NCBI GenBank assembly: GCA_964016885.1
Contig: OZ024741.1
Span: 379,316,001 to 379,380,000, forward strand
Direction of reading: 5' to 3'
Length of the DNA: 64,000 nt
Source: Eledone cirrhosa
Lineage: Eukaryota
The notes beneath the pieces were generated by a model. That model was not told the origin of the DNA. It made no database searches and saw only the letters and a list, made by a program, of their open reading frames with translations. Below are positions 1-13,280 of this stretch, in pieces. Positions within the stretch are counted from its first letter, which is position 1, and every line of letters begins with the position of its first letter. Made by a program: the position numbers and the translations under genes.

Positions 1-1749
1 ACAAGAGCATTCGGCTTGATATTCAATCTAAAAGTAATATCAGTACATATTTTGCATTAGGAAAATGCAGCGATGTTGGCGACATTTGATACAGGTGGTA
101 GAGAGGAAAGATGGTGGCTTTATACCCAATAGTTTGTTCAGATATTTGCAACACATTGGATACTAATAACGGTATTCAAGAGGCATGTCAGGAAGTTAAA
201 TACCAAAACAGATTAAATATACCGACCAAGTAAGCCAGAGTAAAATTTGAACCCAGAATGCAAGATCCGGGAAATATAATACAGGATATATAACCATGCT
301 CTCTACCAAGTTTTGCCAATCCTCGACCTCGGGCAGTTATTTGTTTTACGGACCCCAAAAGGATGTCAGGTAAATTAACCATAGAAGGATTTAAACACAG
401 AACACAGGGAAGAGCAAATTCAACAAGTTAATTTCTTCTTATTTCTTACTATATAGTAAAGTGAAATAAGTACGAAGTAATGGGAAGGCCTGTAACCAAT
501 CACTCTATTTGAGGAAACGCATCCAAATGTCTCTAAAATTATAACCTTCCAATTTAAAGGATGGGCTCCATTCGATAATTACATCCAATATCATGCTTGA
601 CACGACGATGACATGGTCATGGCATCAGCAGGATCAATATAATCAAAGTAACAGAAAAGGAATCACAGCTGGCCAAATCTAAACAGCGACTAACAACAGT
701 GTTCTCCCTGGTTCTCACTAGAGGTTAAATTGCAAACCATTGAAATGACGTTGAATTTCGAGACGTAAGAAATTACTATATTACATCTCAACATTTCAAT
801 ATTTCTGTATGACGTGTGATATGAGATCATAATCGTAATAAATAGGCCGATATAAGTTTAAACATATAGTTCTGGCCTCGTATTACAAATATAAATTATA
901 CGATATATTGATAATGTAAAACTGATAAAAATAGTCTGTATGAAATAAAAGAGACTTTTATAGGGACACAAACATATGTATTTACATATTTCTGACACAA
1001 TCGGATTTAAATAAAGCATGATGATATCATTGTTGCGATGCGTTATGTATGGAATGAGACACATTCTGTCTCGACGATGAGTGTCCTAGATGTTCGATCA
1101 AAAGAACAGCTTATTCATGAAATTAACGTGTAAGTGACTAAGTATTCTAAAGACACATGTAATGTTGATGTAAATACCAGATAAATTCAGTATGTCATTA
1201 TGTAAGTAGTTTAGCTGTTTCATTTGCAGTTGTAGTCCATTCTCGATAGAGCCTGTTCTGCTAGAGAATGGGTCGCTGGTGCCAGATAGCTAGAGGGCCA
1301 CCATACATGATGGCTAGTTGCAATATAAGCGGACCACTGCCGGTCTAATAATCAACTCTGGACCAACTGCGGTGAAATAATGGGGGAGATGGAGAAATTG
1401 GTGACACCTGAATCTCACAAGAAACCACTCATGAACCAGTGATGTAGCTATGTCGAGGCGAGTAAAGCCCGCCTCTAAAATGGCCTAGTTATCCCAGGTT
1501 TGAAACAATACCACATTGCTGACTGACGCAAATAAGACCGCTGAAACTGAAACTGCAATATGATGAGGAAAACAAAACAAGAATCTTCGCGCAGGGTATC
1601 AAGGGGCGCACTCAGGCTTTACGTTCAGGAGACTGTGCAAAAATTAGCTTGCAGTCTCCATTTTATCCTGTAAAACTGGTGATTGTCCTGCGAACTCGAC
1701 CGGGAGGGGTGGGATGGTTGCGCACGACTGCGTATCCCAAGACCACAAA

Positions 1750-2640
1750 GAGGTTCTAGAATGGAGGAAACATTGACAATTCGAACCTAGGACAGGACAA
1801 TCTTTACAGGTAAGGAGTAGGAATTGATGAAAGAGGCTAGATAGACTATGGGTTTCCTCAACAAAGACTCGGGGCTCAGATACTGTAGATTTGAATGGAG
1901 GTTTGAAATTCCGGAATTTAGCTGTGGCGCAAGAATTGTCTGCACAGGCGAGAGTGGGGATACACACATATACACGGCTGTCATATTGCGTTGTGGATTG
2001 TATCACATTAAGAGAGAGTATTTGCCGAAACCTTAGGCTGAGAGATATGCCTCTGTAAAAGGTGCTAATTTATGCACCAAACAAGCTCTCCGAATACAGG
2101 TCCTTCCTTGAAGAAATCACTTCAGCGTAAGATGTATTTAACACAGAGTCCTATACACTGATGGGATACTTCAATGAACATGTTTTCATTGACCACCTAG
2201 CATGTAGAGGAGTGATTGAAAGGAATGGCAACTCCGATCTAAATAAGAATGGAGAGGCCTCGGTAGACTTCTTTTCTCGTAATGTACTCTCTGTTAAGAA
2301 AACCTCTTTCCGACATAGAGACATCCATAAATATACATGGTATAAGGGGAATCAAGGGCAGAGATTAAATATTGATTATTGTCTCAGATCTCTTTGATTA
2401 TGGGCTGACGGTCGTATTAAGACATGGGCTAAGCAGTCAACTGATCACAGTCCAGTTATTTGCAACTACCTAACTCAAAATAATAAAAAGACGCACAAAA
2501 CCGGTCGGTCCATCAAGACCTACCGGATATTTTGGAAGCATCGGTGGATAAGGAAGTCAGGACTATCAATGCAGATACCATTGCATCCAAATTCAAGGAA
2601 CATACTGTGCAAACTGAGAACACTAGAAGGATGTGGAATT
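1750..2640 (+). pseudogene. Degenerate RTE-clade LINE, AP-endonuclease region
   Basis: ORF 2161-2397 reads G(Y)FNEHV..RGVIERNG..DLN.NG...DF......TSFRHRDIHKYTWY....R..IDY, matching the APE motif GDFNAHVG..GVIG..G..D.N.NG..LLDFC...TWx..IDY. An STDH-like motif follows at about 2440. The region has many stops and frameshifts. Confidence 0.7.
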
Positions 2641-3097
2641 TGTTCATCCTAGCAGTTTCTGCTTAATTTGTCCAATACTGCAGTTATGTAAAAAGCCATA
2701 AATAGAGATATTATGCTCTGGCTGATTCGTGTCGGCCGTGTTGCCTGGATCTCTGGAAAAGCAATTAAACAATGGCAGAGTAACGTTACTCGATAAAGGC
2801 GTAACTCGCATAGTCATTACAAGTCGTGCGACTACTTCTCCGAATTGAGAGATCACACCTCCTATACTATGGACATGAGTTTGGAATGTAATAGATCGCT
2901 GGAAAGTTTTTATGGGAAAATCCAACCGACAGGAGATCCAGTAGTAGACACCGAGCTAGATTGTTCGATAATATTTGTGAGTTTGTTGGTCTCAATTTGG
3001 GATTCAGCTTGACGGGTTGGTGATAGTTGGTTGTGTGATGACCCACTGGAAGGAGTGTCTCAGGACTCGACCTCCAGAACCATTACAGGAAATATGA

Positions 3098-3242
3098 ATG
3101 AAGAAGAAGAAGAAGAAGAAGAAGAAGAAGAAGAAGAAGAAGAAGAAGAAGAAGAAGAAGAAGAATATGATGATGATGATGATTGTGATGATGATGATGA
3201 TGATGATGACGACGAAGATGAAGACGACGACGATGATGATGT
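3098..3242 (+). repeat. (GAA)n-(GAT/GAC)n compound microsatellite
   Basis: Directly visible trinucleotide tracts. Confidence 0.95.
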
Positions 3243-4066
3243 GGGTGAATATGATGGTGATGAATTTTATTTTGTCTACTTAGATTCAATCATTATGCAT
3301 TGGTCGGGAAGAAGCTATGGTAAATATTTAAACATTGAACTCATTATTCTACTAATTTTCAACATGAATTTAAAATTCCATGAGTGATTTCTTTGCAAGG
3401 AAACTTTCGAAATATCTAGACAAAGTGTAGATTAAAATATAATTAAATAAAATCATTCTAGAAATTATTACCCAATTATACATATCAAATGTGTGACAAG
3501 CTTTAATTAAAAGCTAGACATATAGTTTATAGAAATTTCAGTCGATCAGTATATTTAATGTGCTATCAACAAATATACCAGCAAAATTTGAAGACGTTAG
3601 TGAAATATCTTTCGGAGTGTAATATAAATATCGATGCTAAACTCTTCATTACATATTTATACACACTTGTACACACTTACACGCACGCATATACCCCCCC
3701 CCCCAACACACATATGTATATATATATGTCTATCTATCTCTCACTATATATGTATATTTGAAATGGGAGTACGGTTCCATACCAAACAGAGGGTGTAGAC
3801 AAAATGTGGAATTGGATATAGCACGGAAAATATATTTAATGGATTTTTTTTCTTTTCTCCTATGATCCGACAAAGTGACATCATTGAAAATAGAAAAAAG
3901 AAGACATGATTAAAAAAAGGAGGAATATAATGTATATAAAATAAGTATAATATAACCGGTTTCGATGCATCGGCGTAATCTATATTTCAAGTGTTGTATA
4001 TTGCAAATAAGAAAAATTAAAAAGAATTAAACATTTAAAATGAAAAATGTAAGTGTTGAAGGTATG

Positions 4067-4140
<74 letters not shown>

Positions 4141-4181
4141 AAATGAAAATCCGAAGGTAAGGTAACATTCTAATCATTTAA

Positions 4182-4255
4182 TCACGACACATGTTTCACT
4201 AAGATATAGATCGATTGTGAAGCCATGATCGATTATCACTGAGCTCATCAGGTGA
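4182..4255 (-). ncRNA. Type I hammerhead ribozyme in pLTR (other copies: 8582-8655 minus; 9275-9348 plus with core mutated to CCGAUGA)
   Basis: Minus strand reads tcac-CTGATGA-(long stem II)-GAAA-catgtg-TC-gtga. Stem I is tcac/gtga and stem III is a near-palindrome. Confidence 0.8.
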
Positions 4256-5594
4256 AAATGAATTGTGTTCGAATTCTTGATATGAGGGAGAAAAAATAAC
4301 GATGTTCTCTCACAGTATTCATTCCCTCATATGGAGACACACGAGTCAGAAACACGGCGACTGCTATTAGCTTCAGTTGAGGTAATAAAAGTTTTCAGAT
4401 TTCTATCGCTGCAAAAGACGCTGGACATCAATCAAATATGTCGGGATACAGTCAGTCACAGTTAATGTGAGTGGGTACACACACATTCCACACCTACACA
4501 CACCGGCTCAGGGTCAAAGAAAGATATATACATATATATACACACATCAACACAGTATTAAACCTGTAGAGTTAGTGTGGGTGGGTACATACACACACTC
4601 ACACACACCGAAGCGATGTCCGAGAAAAACCAAATATAAGAAAACAAATATAATAAAACAAATATAAGAATGTACCAACACAGCACTCACCGAAAATTAG
4701 TTCACAAAGCAGCTGAAGCTATATTGGTCAAATCTCAATTTGACGATATAAATTGGAAATATTAGGTTAACCAACGCCACCACCCCCACACACACAAGCA
4801 CGTAAGTTCAGTTCAGTGTTCTGCTATACCTGTATAGATTGAATTGTAACATTTATGTCTTCAAATGTTTGTTATGGTATATACACATCCGAATCGTTCA
4901 AAGATGGGTATGTCCGGGTATATACACCACCATGTGAAGAGCAAGCAATAAGCTCATGTCGAACTCCTTGTGTACCGCTGTCCCATTGAGAATCCGAGTC
5001 ACCAAATCCGTGCGGGCAAGCAACCGCATGTAGGCCAGTAAAGGGCGCCGTGTAGGGTTGGGTATTGGGTAAATGCTTCCGCAAGTGCGATTTCCCGTCA
5101 TGTGGGCCAATAAGCCTTTAAGATAGTTGTTTGAGTGGTGGAGGTGTGTTATCCAACTCAGAAGGTGAAGTAAAACAACACAGGATAGTAAAATCCAAAG
5201 GATGTGTGTAGGCCCATTAATGGTGTGTCAGTATTATTGGTCAATCCGTAACAGTGAGTCCTCCATGGTTAGATGATCACGGATCAAAATCTGGGGTTGT
5301 GTTCAGTCGGTAGGAACATGACAGTCGTAATTGTGTCTAAAGGAAACGGGTACTGTGTGTAGAGTTATGCATAGAAAGCGTAATCGGTCCTAACTAAGTG
5401 TGTAATCAATCTAAATATCTACTAGCTAGGTATTCGAAAAAAGAGCACTCCGTTGTGAGAACTCCGTGGAAACAGGCCGAGTATCGTTTGTAAGTGCGCA
5501 AACAATCTTAGCCGTCTGACTACCTAAGTGTGTGACTATATGTTTATTGAGAGAACTCTATGGCTAATGTAGAGAGGGTGGAGTTAGTGGTAGG

Positions 5595-8347
5595 TTACCT
5601 TCCAAAAATCCTGCGGAAGGTTTTCGAGGTTCTATGTTGGCAGTTGCTGAAAAAATCTGCTCTCCTATTAATTAATAGGGGGCCGCCTCTAATAATATTA
5701 AAAGTTTCAACTATACATAAATTGCAGACGCCAGTGCTGCCGTTATAAGGTTGCGCTGAGCAAACTATGGACCAGGATAAGGAGTGCTCTATATTCTGAT
5801 GTTTAAGCATCCAGACTATTTCCGAAAGTGCCGTGCTATTTTTTTAATCTAATCTATTAAAGGTATGGCGGTGATTATACCATATATCCTTAAATTACGT
5901 GGCATTTTCCCCAACATACCTAAAGGTTCTATCAGGAGTGGAGACCTTACAGTCGTAGACTATGTTTTTGGTAAGGCATTTCCTAGCCATGGGGCAGGTG
6001 GCGGTGCATCTGCAGTTACATTTTTTGCTATCGACTTGGGCAGTTCCAGATGGATCACACTATCTTTGGGTTCGGGTCTCAGTTCCAGTCTGCTCTATGG
6101 GGAAATTCCCTGTGGTTGGGGAGACCCGACTCGCCTGACGTGTATGAGTCAGTTCCTCAATAGAGCTGCCATTGTTTCTGCTAAGCCTAATTCCATCTTG
6201 GGCTGTCCTATGTCTACTATAATTCATCTTAGCTATATTCTGAGCTATGTTACTAGTTGTGGAGTAGGAAAGCTTGATGGTATTTCTATTGAATATTTTA
6301 TAATATCTGTGCGATCTAGGGAAGCATTTGTCTAAGGCCCTAAAGAAAGATTAGCTATACTAGTGGTCAGGCCAGTGGAGTAAGGGAGATTATACCACAG
6401 GCCCTTTCTGGTCCGATACCTCTTGTTCCTACTAATTATATTAGAATTAACTGTCTCCCTATTAGTTTCTGGTCTATGTAACTGGAAATTGCATGTGGGT
6501 CGGCAGTGTCCCGGAGTGTCACGATTGTGTTCGGAATCGTCCCAATTCCCCAGGGCGGTGTACCCCCCGTCCGGCCATTGGGATTACCCTCGAAAGCCAG
6601 GGTTGTATCCACTATGCGTCTGCTACACCTGTCCCTATTCCTCTTACTCGACCCTCGTTCCATACTGCGTTCAACGGTAGTTTTATCGGTTCCACAATTA
6701 AGGTTACTATTAGAGTTTCCGCTGGCGTTACGTTGCTCAGACCCAGTGTTAGTACCTGGGTGGTTGTTTCTATTGGTACCAACAGCATTGCGACTAGGCG
6801 GCAGTACAACATGAAGACTATATAAATCCTCCCTCGTATCACGCCTGCTGTTAACTAGAGTGTCACTATTTAAGCCTAAGCTATCGCAGGCAATGTTGCT
6901 TCTACTATTTAATGGACGTTTGAATGAGATTCTCTCGCTATGCCCCGCGCGTTCCCAGGGCGCTATTATCGTAATTCGAGATCTTATTAATGGTATCTTC
7001 ATTGGAAGATAGTCCTGAAATTCTACTAGAGACGCTTTTGGTAATACCGTTAGTGACTATTCTAGGGTGGTTCGATTTTGCGTTGACATAGTTTAGATTC
7101 TCGTTGGGTTTGTGGTAAGGTTGGAAGAGTCCTGAATTGAGGTTAAGTGTAACATCTAGAAAATTAACTATCTTTAAATTCTCTTCAAATACTATACTTA
7201 CGTATATGTTCTTGAAGAATTTGCTAAGTTTGTTCCTCAGCCTCTCTACCATACTATTATTATGGAACGACACAGTAAACAAAACGTCGTCACGGTAAGC
7301 GCCGCCTCAGAGGTGGGGCATTTCCGCTCCGAAACAGTCACGGAGTTAAAGGCCCACCAGATCCGTCACCTGGGCCGAGTCCTTGGATCCAATGTTGATG
7401 TCGAAATTGTCTGACCAATACTTCCTGGTCCACAGGTCACTGTTGAATTCAATTAAGGTTTTCCTAGCTAGGAGAATAATGCTATTTTCCTCGGATGTAA
7501 GGTCAGTGTTTAAGCTAGCAAAGTTAAGGGCCCTACCTAGAAGAGTTGGAGAGATTGAAGAGAAGGAATTAGAGTTATCGAACTGTATAAACTTAGTGCT
7601 ATTCTTACTCTGCGATTTCTCAAACCAGTTAATTACCTCACTAGTTCCTGGCCACAACTTCAGCTTCGATCTCCTAACTAGAGTGGGGATTATTTTATCA
7701 AGGATGTTTTTAATAACGATTCCTATGTCCGACTTCGAAGGGGCTATCAGCCTGACAGGTCTTAATGATTCAAATTCCTTCAGCAAAATCCTCGGGGTTC
7801 TAGGATGGAAGGGTTCGGTTTATTCTTCAATACCCAATTTAATCATGACGCTATTGGCATCCGTGTTAATTAAATCCAGGTTGGCCCGTTTAGATTTTCT
7901 GTAGCTTTTCCTAAGTTCTCTAGTTATCAAATCATCATAAGTTACTCTACCCATATCGTACAAGTTGTTAGTCTTATCTGCGTGCACCAAAATGCCAGTC
8001 GAGTTCTTTAATTTTACTAGATCACCATTCAGTCGTCTCAGGTAGCTTTTTCTCCTGAGTGGTTTTTTCCTAAATTTAAGGTTGGACATTATGTTAGATA
8101 TTTCAGTCTCAAATTCTTCCAAGTATTATTTGTGTGGTGGATTTCTTCTGGATATGAATATTTCCTCGATGCCGCGCGTTCCCTCCCTGTGGTGGTTTGT
8201 TGGTGTTCCTCTGTCGAAGTGGAAGGCTTTCCAACGCATTCTACGGACAAAGGAATCCGATTTACCTATGGCCAACCTTGTGAATTGTTTTATGTTGGGC
8301 AAAGGGATGTCCTTAAGTGAAGAGTTCACCGAGAATTTCTCCACCAT
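5595..8347 (-). pseudogene. Naiad-type PLE polyprotein (RT + GIY-YIG endonuclease), disrupted
   Basis: Motifs in order: SLKDIPLP..RRMRWKA, HADKTNNLY, VRLIAPSKSDIG, GSKDSAQVTDLVGL, YRDD (about 7290), VNFLDVTLNL, SNHP, WYN.PY..IFNRNTIKLSYS (about 6400-6260), CNCRCTATCP..KC..KNIVY..YVG, CNLC..E. Several stops and frameshifts. Confidence 0.88.
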
Positions 8348-9617
8348 ATTCCTTGCTTAACAGCATTAAGTGCTCAACAAAAATAGGAGCGGTAAGTTGT
8401 TATAAAGTAAGGTGCATTATTGGTTGTGTAAAATGGTCCGATAATTTTATGTTAGCAATATTAAGTTTTCCAAGCTTTTGTATATCTCCAATTCCATTCA
8501 AGGGAGCAGCTAGTTGATGTAAAACGGATTATAAGTATCAAAATGAAAATCCGAAGGCAAGGTAAAATTCCAATCATTTAATCATGACACATGTTTCAAT
8601 AAGAGATAGATCGATTGTGAAGCCATGATCGATTATCACTGATCTCATCAGGTGAAAATGAATTGTCTTCAAATTCTTGATATGAGGGAGAAAAAATAAC
8701 GATGTTCTCTCACAGAATTCATTCCCTCATAGAGACACACCAGTCAGAAACACAGCGATTGCTTTTAGCTTCAGTTGCGGTCATAAAAGTTTTCAGATTT
8801 CTATCGCTGCAAAAGACGCTGGACATCAATCACCATTTCGGTGAGTGCTGTGTTGGTACATTCTTATATTTGTTTTATTATATTTGTTTTCTTATATTTG
8901 GTTTTTCTCGGACATCGCTTCGTTGTGTGTGAGAGTCTGTATGTACCCACCCACACTAACTCGACAGGTTTAATACTGTGTTGATGTGTGTATATATATG
9001 TATATATTTTTCTTTGGCCCCGAGCCTGTTTATGTGGATGTGGAATGTGTGTACTGACTCACATTAACTGTGACTGACTGTATCCCTACATATTAGATTG
9101 ATATCCAGCGTCTTTTGCAGCGATAGAAATCTGAAAACGTTAATGATCTCAACTGAAGCTAATAGCAGTCGCCGTGTTTCTGACTGGTGTGTCTCCATAT
9201 GAGGGGATGAATTCTGGGAGAAAAAATAGTCATTTTTTTCTCTCTCATATCAAGAATTGGAAGACAATTCATTTTCATCCGATGAGCTCAGTGATAATCG
9301 ATCATGGCTTCACAATCGATCTATCTCTTATTGAAACATGTGTCGTGATTAAATGATTGGAATTTTAACTTCCCTTCGGATTTTCATTTTGATATTTATA
9401 GTCCGTTTTACATCATCTACCTGTTCCCTTGAATGGAATTGGAGATATACAAAAGCGTGGAGAACTTAATATTGCTAACATTAAGTTATTGGACCTTATT
9501 ACACAACCAATAATGCACATTACTTTATATATATATATATTATAAAGAAAATAACGGGAGGCTGACTGGTGTAAATCCTTGAAAAGTTTATTATACTATG
9601 ATCATTTCAATGACCGG

Positions 9618-12603
9618 GTGACCTACATTCCGCGGGCTCACATACATTCTCTGTGCGTGATTTCGCTCAGCTCAGCCAATCAGCGCCAAGGGAAGAGGAT
9701 GTATCCCTACGCGTTCTGAGGGAGAAATAGCCCCCGAAGATTTGAGGAAACACACTTGCAGCTCGACCACGCTAAGGTAAAACACCACTTGTTCTTTTGC
9801 TCCGTAAGCACAAACAATATGTAACGACACAACAATTTTACTACGGACCTGGCCAAACGCCTCAGCCAGTCGACCGTATTTTCTCTTGTAATCTTAAGTG
9901 AATTATTTCATTATTCTTGGCATGCCAACTTAATTCACTTCTTAACCTCTGCTAATAAATTATGTAAAAACAAGCTAAATCGTTGTCGATATTCCTATCA
10001 TATCTTTCTACCAAAGATGGTTCCTCGTGGCAACATCACAACAACTCTAAATCTAACTCACTGCTAAATTGGTGACAACTCTGCTAAATTGGTGACCCTC
10101 GGCGATTAAGTATGAAAACGCAGCCTATTTGAATTCGCCATTCGTTTTAATGGCAATGTGGAGTGGCTTAACATTTGGAATGTTAGAATCGGGTAGCTAG
10201 ACTCACTTAGCGTAAGTCCATAAAATTCATAATATTCCATTTGCTGAAGCACGCGACCTGCACAATATTTCTGTCATAACTTTCATGGTAACACTAGTAA
10301 CTCACGCAAACAGACGAATACAAAAATACAACACAAAAGAAAGAGTTTTTTTGACGACTAACAAAACATTTCTCTTTTGGATTGAAAATTATGTGATGTC
10401 TTCTCTCCGGTTGAGGTGGTTTGGTATATTTCAATTGGTTGATAAAATGAGTACGGTGACCACCGACTAAGAACAACTTGTCTTGCAAGCATAGTTTGAT
10501 AAAAACAAAAAAAAACAAAATAAAAAGGATTTCTCTGGATGTGGAATTTTGCTTTCGGCGTTGTGTTGAAATTACAAATGGAGACTCAGAAATTTTGTTT
10601 TCCCGCGTACAGCTTGTCTTCTCCAATCCCAGCCGTCTGATTGGCTGCTTAGTGCCACATGACGGCTTCTTCATCACAGACGCATTTTCAATCGGCCATC
10701 TTGGGATTTTATTACCAAATAATTTTCATAGAAAATCATTTTTTTTATTATTCAAATTTTATTTGGAATATATATAAAAAAAAACATTAGCAGTATTTCT
10801 AAAACTTTTCGCCACGAGGAAATTTCAATACGGCTACCACCAAGTACTAGCCAGCAGCAGCAACACATGGTTAACTATTAACCAACACCAGGGAACGGCT
10901 TCTAACTTTACCGAGGCAACCACCATACCTTCTGTCTCGTTACCACAAGGACTCAATAAATTAAGACAGTAGTTTTCTCACCATTATGGCGTCAGACGTG
11001 GCTGCCATATTGGTGACTCTAGGTTCTTCAACGCTGGACTTCTACTCTACAGAAGATTCATTGTGACTTTGCTTTAACAGCAACAACAATTCTACTAGCT
11101 CCCTAGTAAGAGCGTTCCCAAAGAAAAAAGAAGCGAACTTTTTGTTAAAAGAAAAGAAACAATTCTTTCTTTCTTCCTTTTTTTTCAGGCACTTATTTTG
11201 GACATTTATTTTTATTTAAACTGTATTATATGAAAATTCATTTCTCTCTATCATTGTATATGTGACCGCACGCACACATTTTCTTTGCTGTATTACATGC
11301 CTGCATATATATACACACACCAACATGTTGTTGTCTATGGTATGTGATCTTCAAGCGTCGTAATATTCTGCGAGATCCCTTTTCAACTTCTGGAGGTACC
11401 AAAACATGCTATCGAGACTTGCAGCTTAATTCACCTGCACCGCAACACGAGATGCTAATTGCAGCCGAACTCAAACAGTTTCGCATCTCGTTGCACATTC
11501 ATCGTCCATAACAACCTCTATCGTTTTATCTTACCCAATTCACCGGGAAAACAACAAATAGAACTGGACTTGTCAGCATTTCCACCACTCCTGTGGATTT
11601 GCCCGAATTATGGAACTGCAACCCACCTACAGATTCAACTTGCTTTTTTTCTTATCAAAGCAACCAGCCATTTGTTCTGGCTCCCTAGCCCATGCGGCAA
11701 TACATCTGGGAGTCCAACATTTTCTCGCCTACCCATCATCTTCTTGCCAGCACTGGTAAACTACCATAATAACTTCATCCACAGCTACTGGTACAACACT
11801 TACCATTAACATTTAATGCAAGAACAGCAACTTCGCCCATGTCAGACTTTATCCGTTTTCTGTTAGACCTTTGGTGGTCATGTATAAACTAGAAAACGGC
11901 TAGTCATTTGACAACGGCTCAACACGGCCTGTAGCGCCTCATTTTTTTTCTTGTATGCATCTATCTGCTCAATTATTTTTTCACTGATGTGCTCTTTCAG
12001 CATTTGTTCTTGCTGATTCAATAATCTGTATCGACTACCATCTAGAAGGGTGGATGTAAACTGTACCTTGTGGGTCCTTGGCTTCATCGTTAACGATTTT
12101 CGGCTAAAAATCTGCTCGGAGGTGATGTAGTGACCTACTTTCCGCGGGCTCTCATACATTCTTTGTGCGTGATTTGGCTCAGCTCAGCCAATCAGCGCCA
12201 GGGGAAGAGGATGTACCCCTACGCGTTCTGAGGGAGAAATAGCCCGCGAAGATTTGAGGAAACACACTTGCAGCTCGACCACGCTAAGGTAAAACACCAC
12301 TTGTTCTTTTGCTCCGTAAGCACAAACATTATGTAACAACAGAATCATTTTACTACGGACCTGGCCAAACGCCTCAGCCAGTCGACCGTATTTTCTCTTG
12401 TAATCTTAATTGAATTATTTTATTATTCTTGGCATGCCAACTTAATTCACTTCTTAACCTTTGCTAATAAATTATGTAAAAACAAGCTAAAGTCGTTGTC
12501 GATATTTCTATCATATCTTTCTACCAAAGTTGGTTCCTCGTGGCAACATCACAACAAATCTAAATATAACTCACTGCTAAATCGGTGACAACAACTCTGC
12601 TAA
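9618..12603 (+). mobile_element. Non-autonomous or deleted LTR retrotransposon (Gypsy-like), about 3 kb
   Basis: Direct repeats of about 475 bp at 9618-10088 and 12126-12603. The 3' LTR begins TGTAG after a purine-rich stretch. A PBS-like TGGTGACCC follows the 5' LTR. No intact gag or pol. Confidence 0.75.
10090..10107 (+). other. Putative primer-binding site (tRNA-Trp-like)
   Basis: TGGTGACCCTCGGCGATT directly after the 5' LTR resembles the complement of the eukaryotic tRNA-Trp 3' end (TGGTGACCCCGACG...). Confidence 0.55.
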
Positions 12604-12824
12604 AATATCATCAGGTATTCGAAATGTAACATAGTATAATAAACCTTTCAAGGATTTACACCAGTCAGCCTCCTGTTATTTTATTTATAATAAATAACTC
12701 CGTATTAGCACAACCAACTACACAAAATAAGACGGGTGAACTGCATTACATTGAGTACTCTCCATAATATTACATCAAGATTGACTGTACGGATTGACAA
12801 ATTCTCTCCAGTGGTGAACCAACA

Positions 12825-12862
<38 letters not shown>

Positions 12863-12872
12863 GGTTTGTTGA

Positions 12873-13066
12873 TTTGTAGATTAGAGCAAACATCACGGGC
12901 GCTCTATCTCAAAATTATTTTTGAAAAGCATTAGAAAAGCGCAACCGGTAAAAACCTAAAACTAAAACTGAATACTAACCAATACTTATTACTAATTTTT
13001 GCTTATTCCTAATTAAACTATTTTTCACTGGGAACAATTTTTCAGCATTTTCTTTCCCTTTTCCCA

Positions 13067-13068
<2 letters not shown>
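12873..13068 (+). mobile_element. Neptune-family pLTR fragment with variant HHR (12917-12954)
   Basis: Matches 40635-40828. Motif reads ttt-TTGAAAA-gc..gc-GCAA-ccgg-TA-aaa. Confidence 0.75.
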
Positions 13069-13099
<31 letters not shown>

Positions 13100-13100
<1 letters not shown>

Positions 13101-13263
13101 CCCAAGGCTCTGTTGCCATCAACACTATAAACACAGACCTGGCATATCTAAGAACTGACTAACTACCTGATGTGATTATAGCCATTCAATGGCTATCATC
13201 GAAATATATATAGCAGTAAATAAAGTATTATGAGTTCATGCAATTGACTTATGTTTCGTCACT
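13100..13263 (+). mobile_element. Short HHR-bearing element (near-identical copy 19171-19335; related copy 28255-28607)
   Basis: Consensus ctgc-CTGA(T/A)GA-stem II (agcca..tggct)-GAAA-tatata-TA-gcag at 13163-13216 (core CTGATGT), 19235-19288 and 28396-28448. All are embedded in (TA)n/(TG)n. Confidence 0.75.
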
Positions 13264-13280
13264 ATATATATATATATATA

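Larger units (their letters stand above)
4139..9528 (-). mobile_element. Full-length Penelope-like element (Naiad-type) with tandem pLTRs plus an inverted pLTR, inserted in (TA)n
   Basis: 4139-4433 is repeated at 8539-8830 (period 4400 bp). 8833-9528 is the reverse complement of the pLTR and its 8400-8535 extension. An RT+GIY-YIG ORF lies between the pLTRs and (TA)n flanks both sides. Confidence 0.9.
9541..12828. mobile_element. Non-coding PLE-type foldback element interrupted by an LTR element
   Basis: 9541-9610 is an inverted repeat of 12620-12690. (TA)n flanks both sides and the HHR motif is split across the insertion. Confidence 0.65.

Noticed and set aside
2644-2930. Possible L2/CR1 RT fragment on the minus strand (LDF..F, LHSKL..IGG)
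   Set aside because: Too degraded to call without a profile search.
3031-3387. Acidic poly-E/D ORF
   Set aside because: It is translation of a (GAA)n(GAT)n microsatellite, with no domain or exon support.
11878-12159. 93-aa minus-strand ORF inside the LTR element
   Set aside because: It starts within the LTR and has no recognisable domain.
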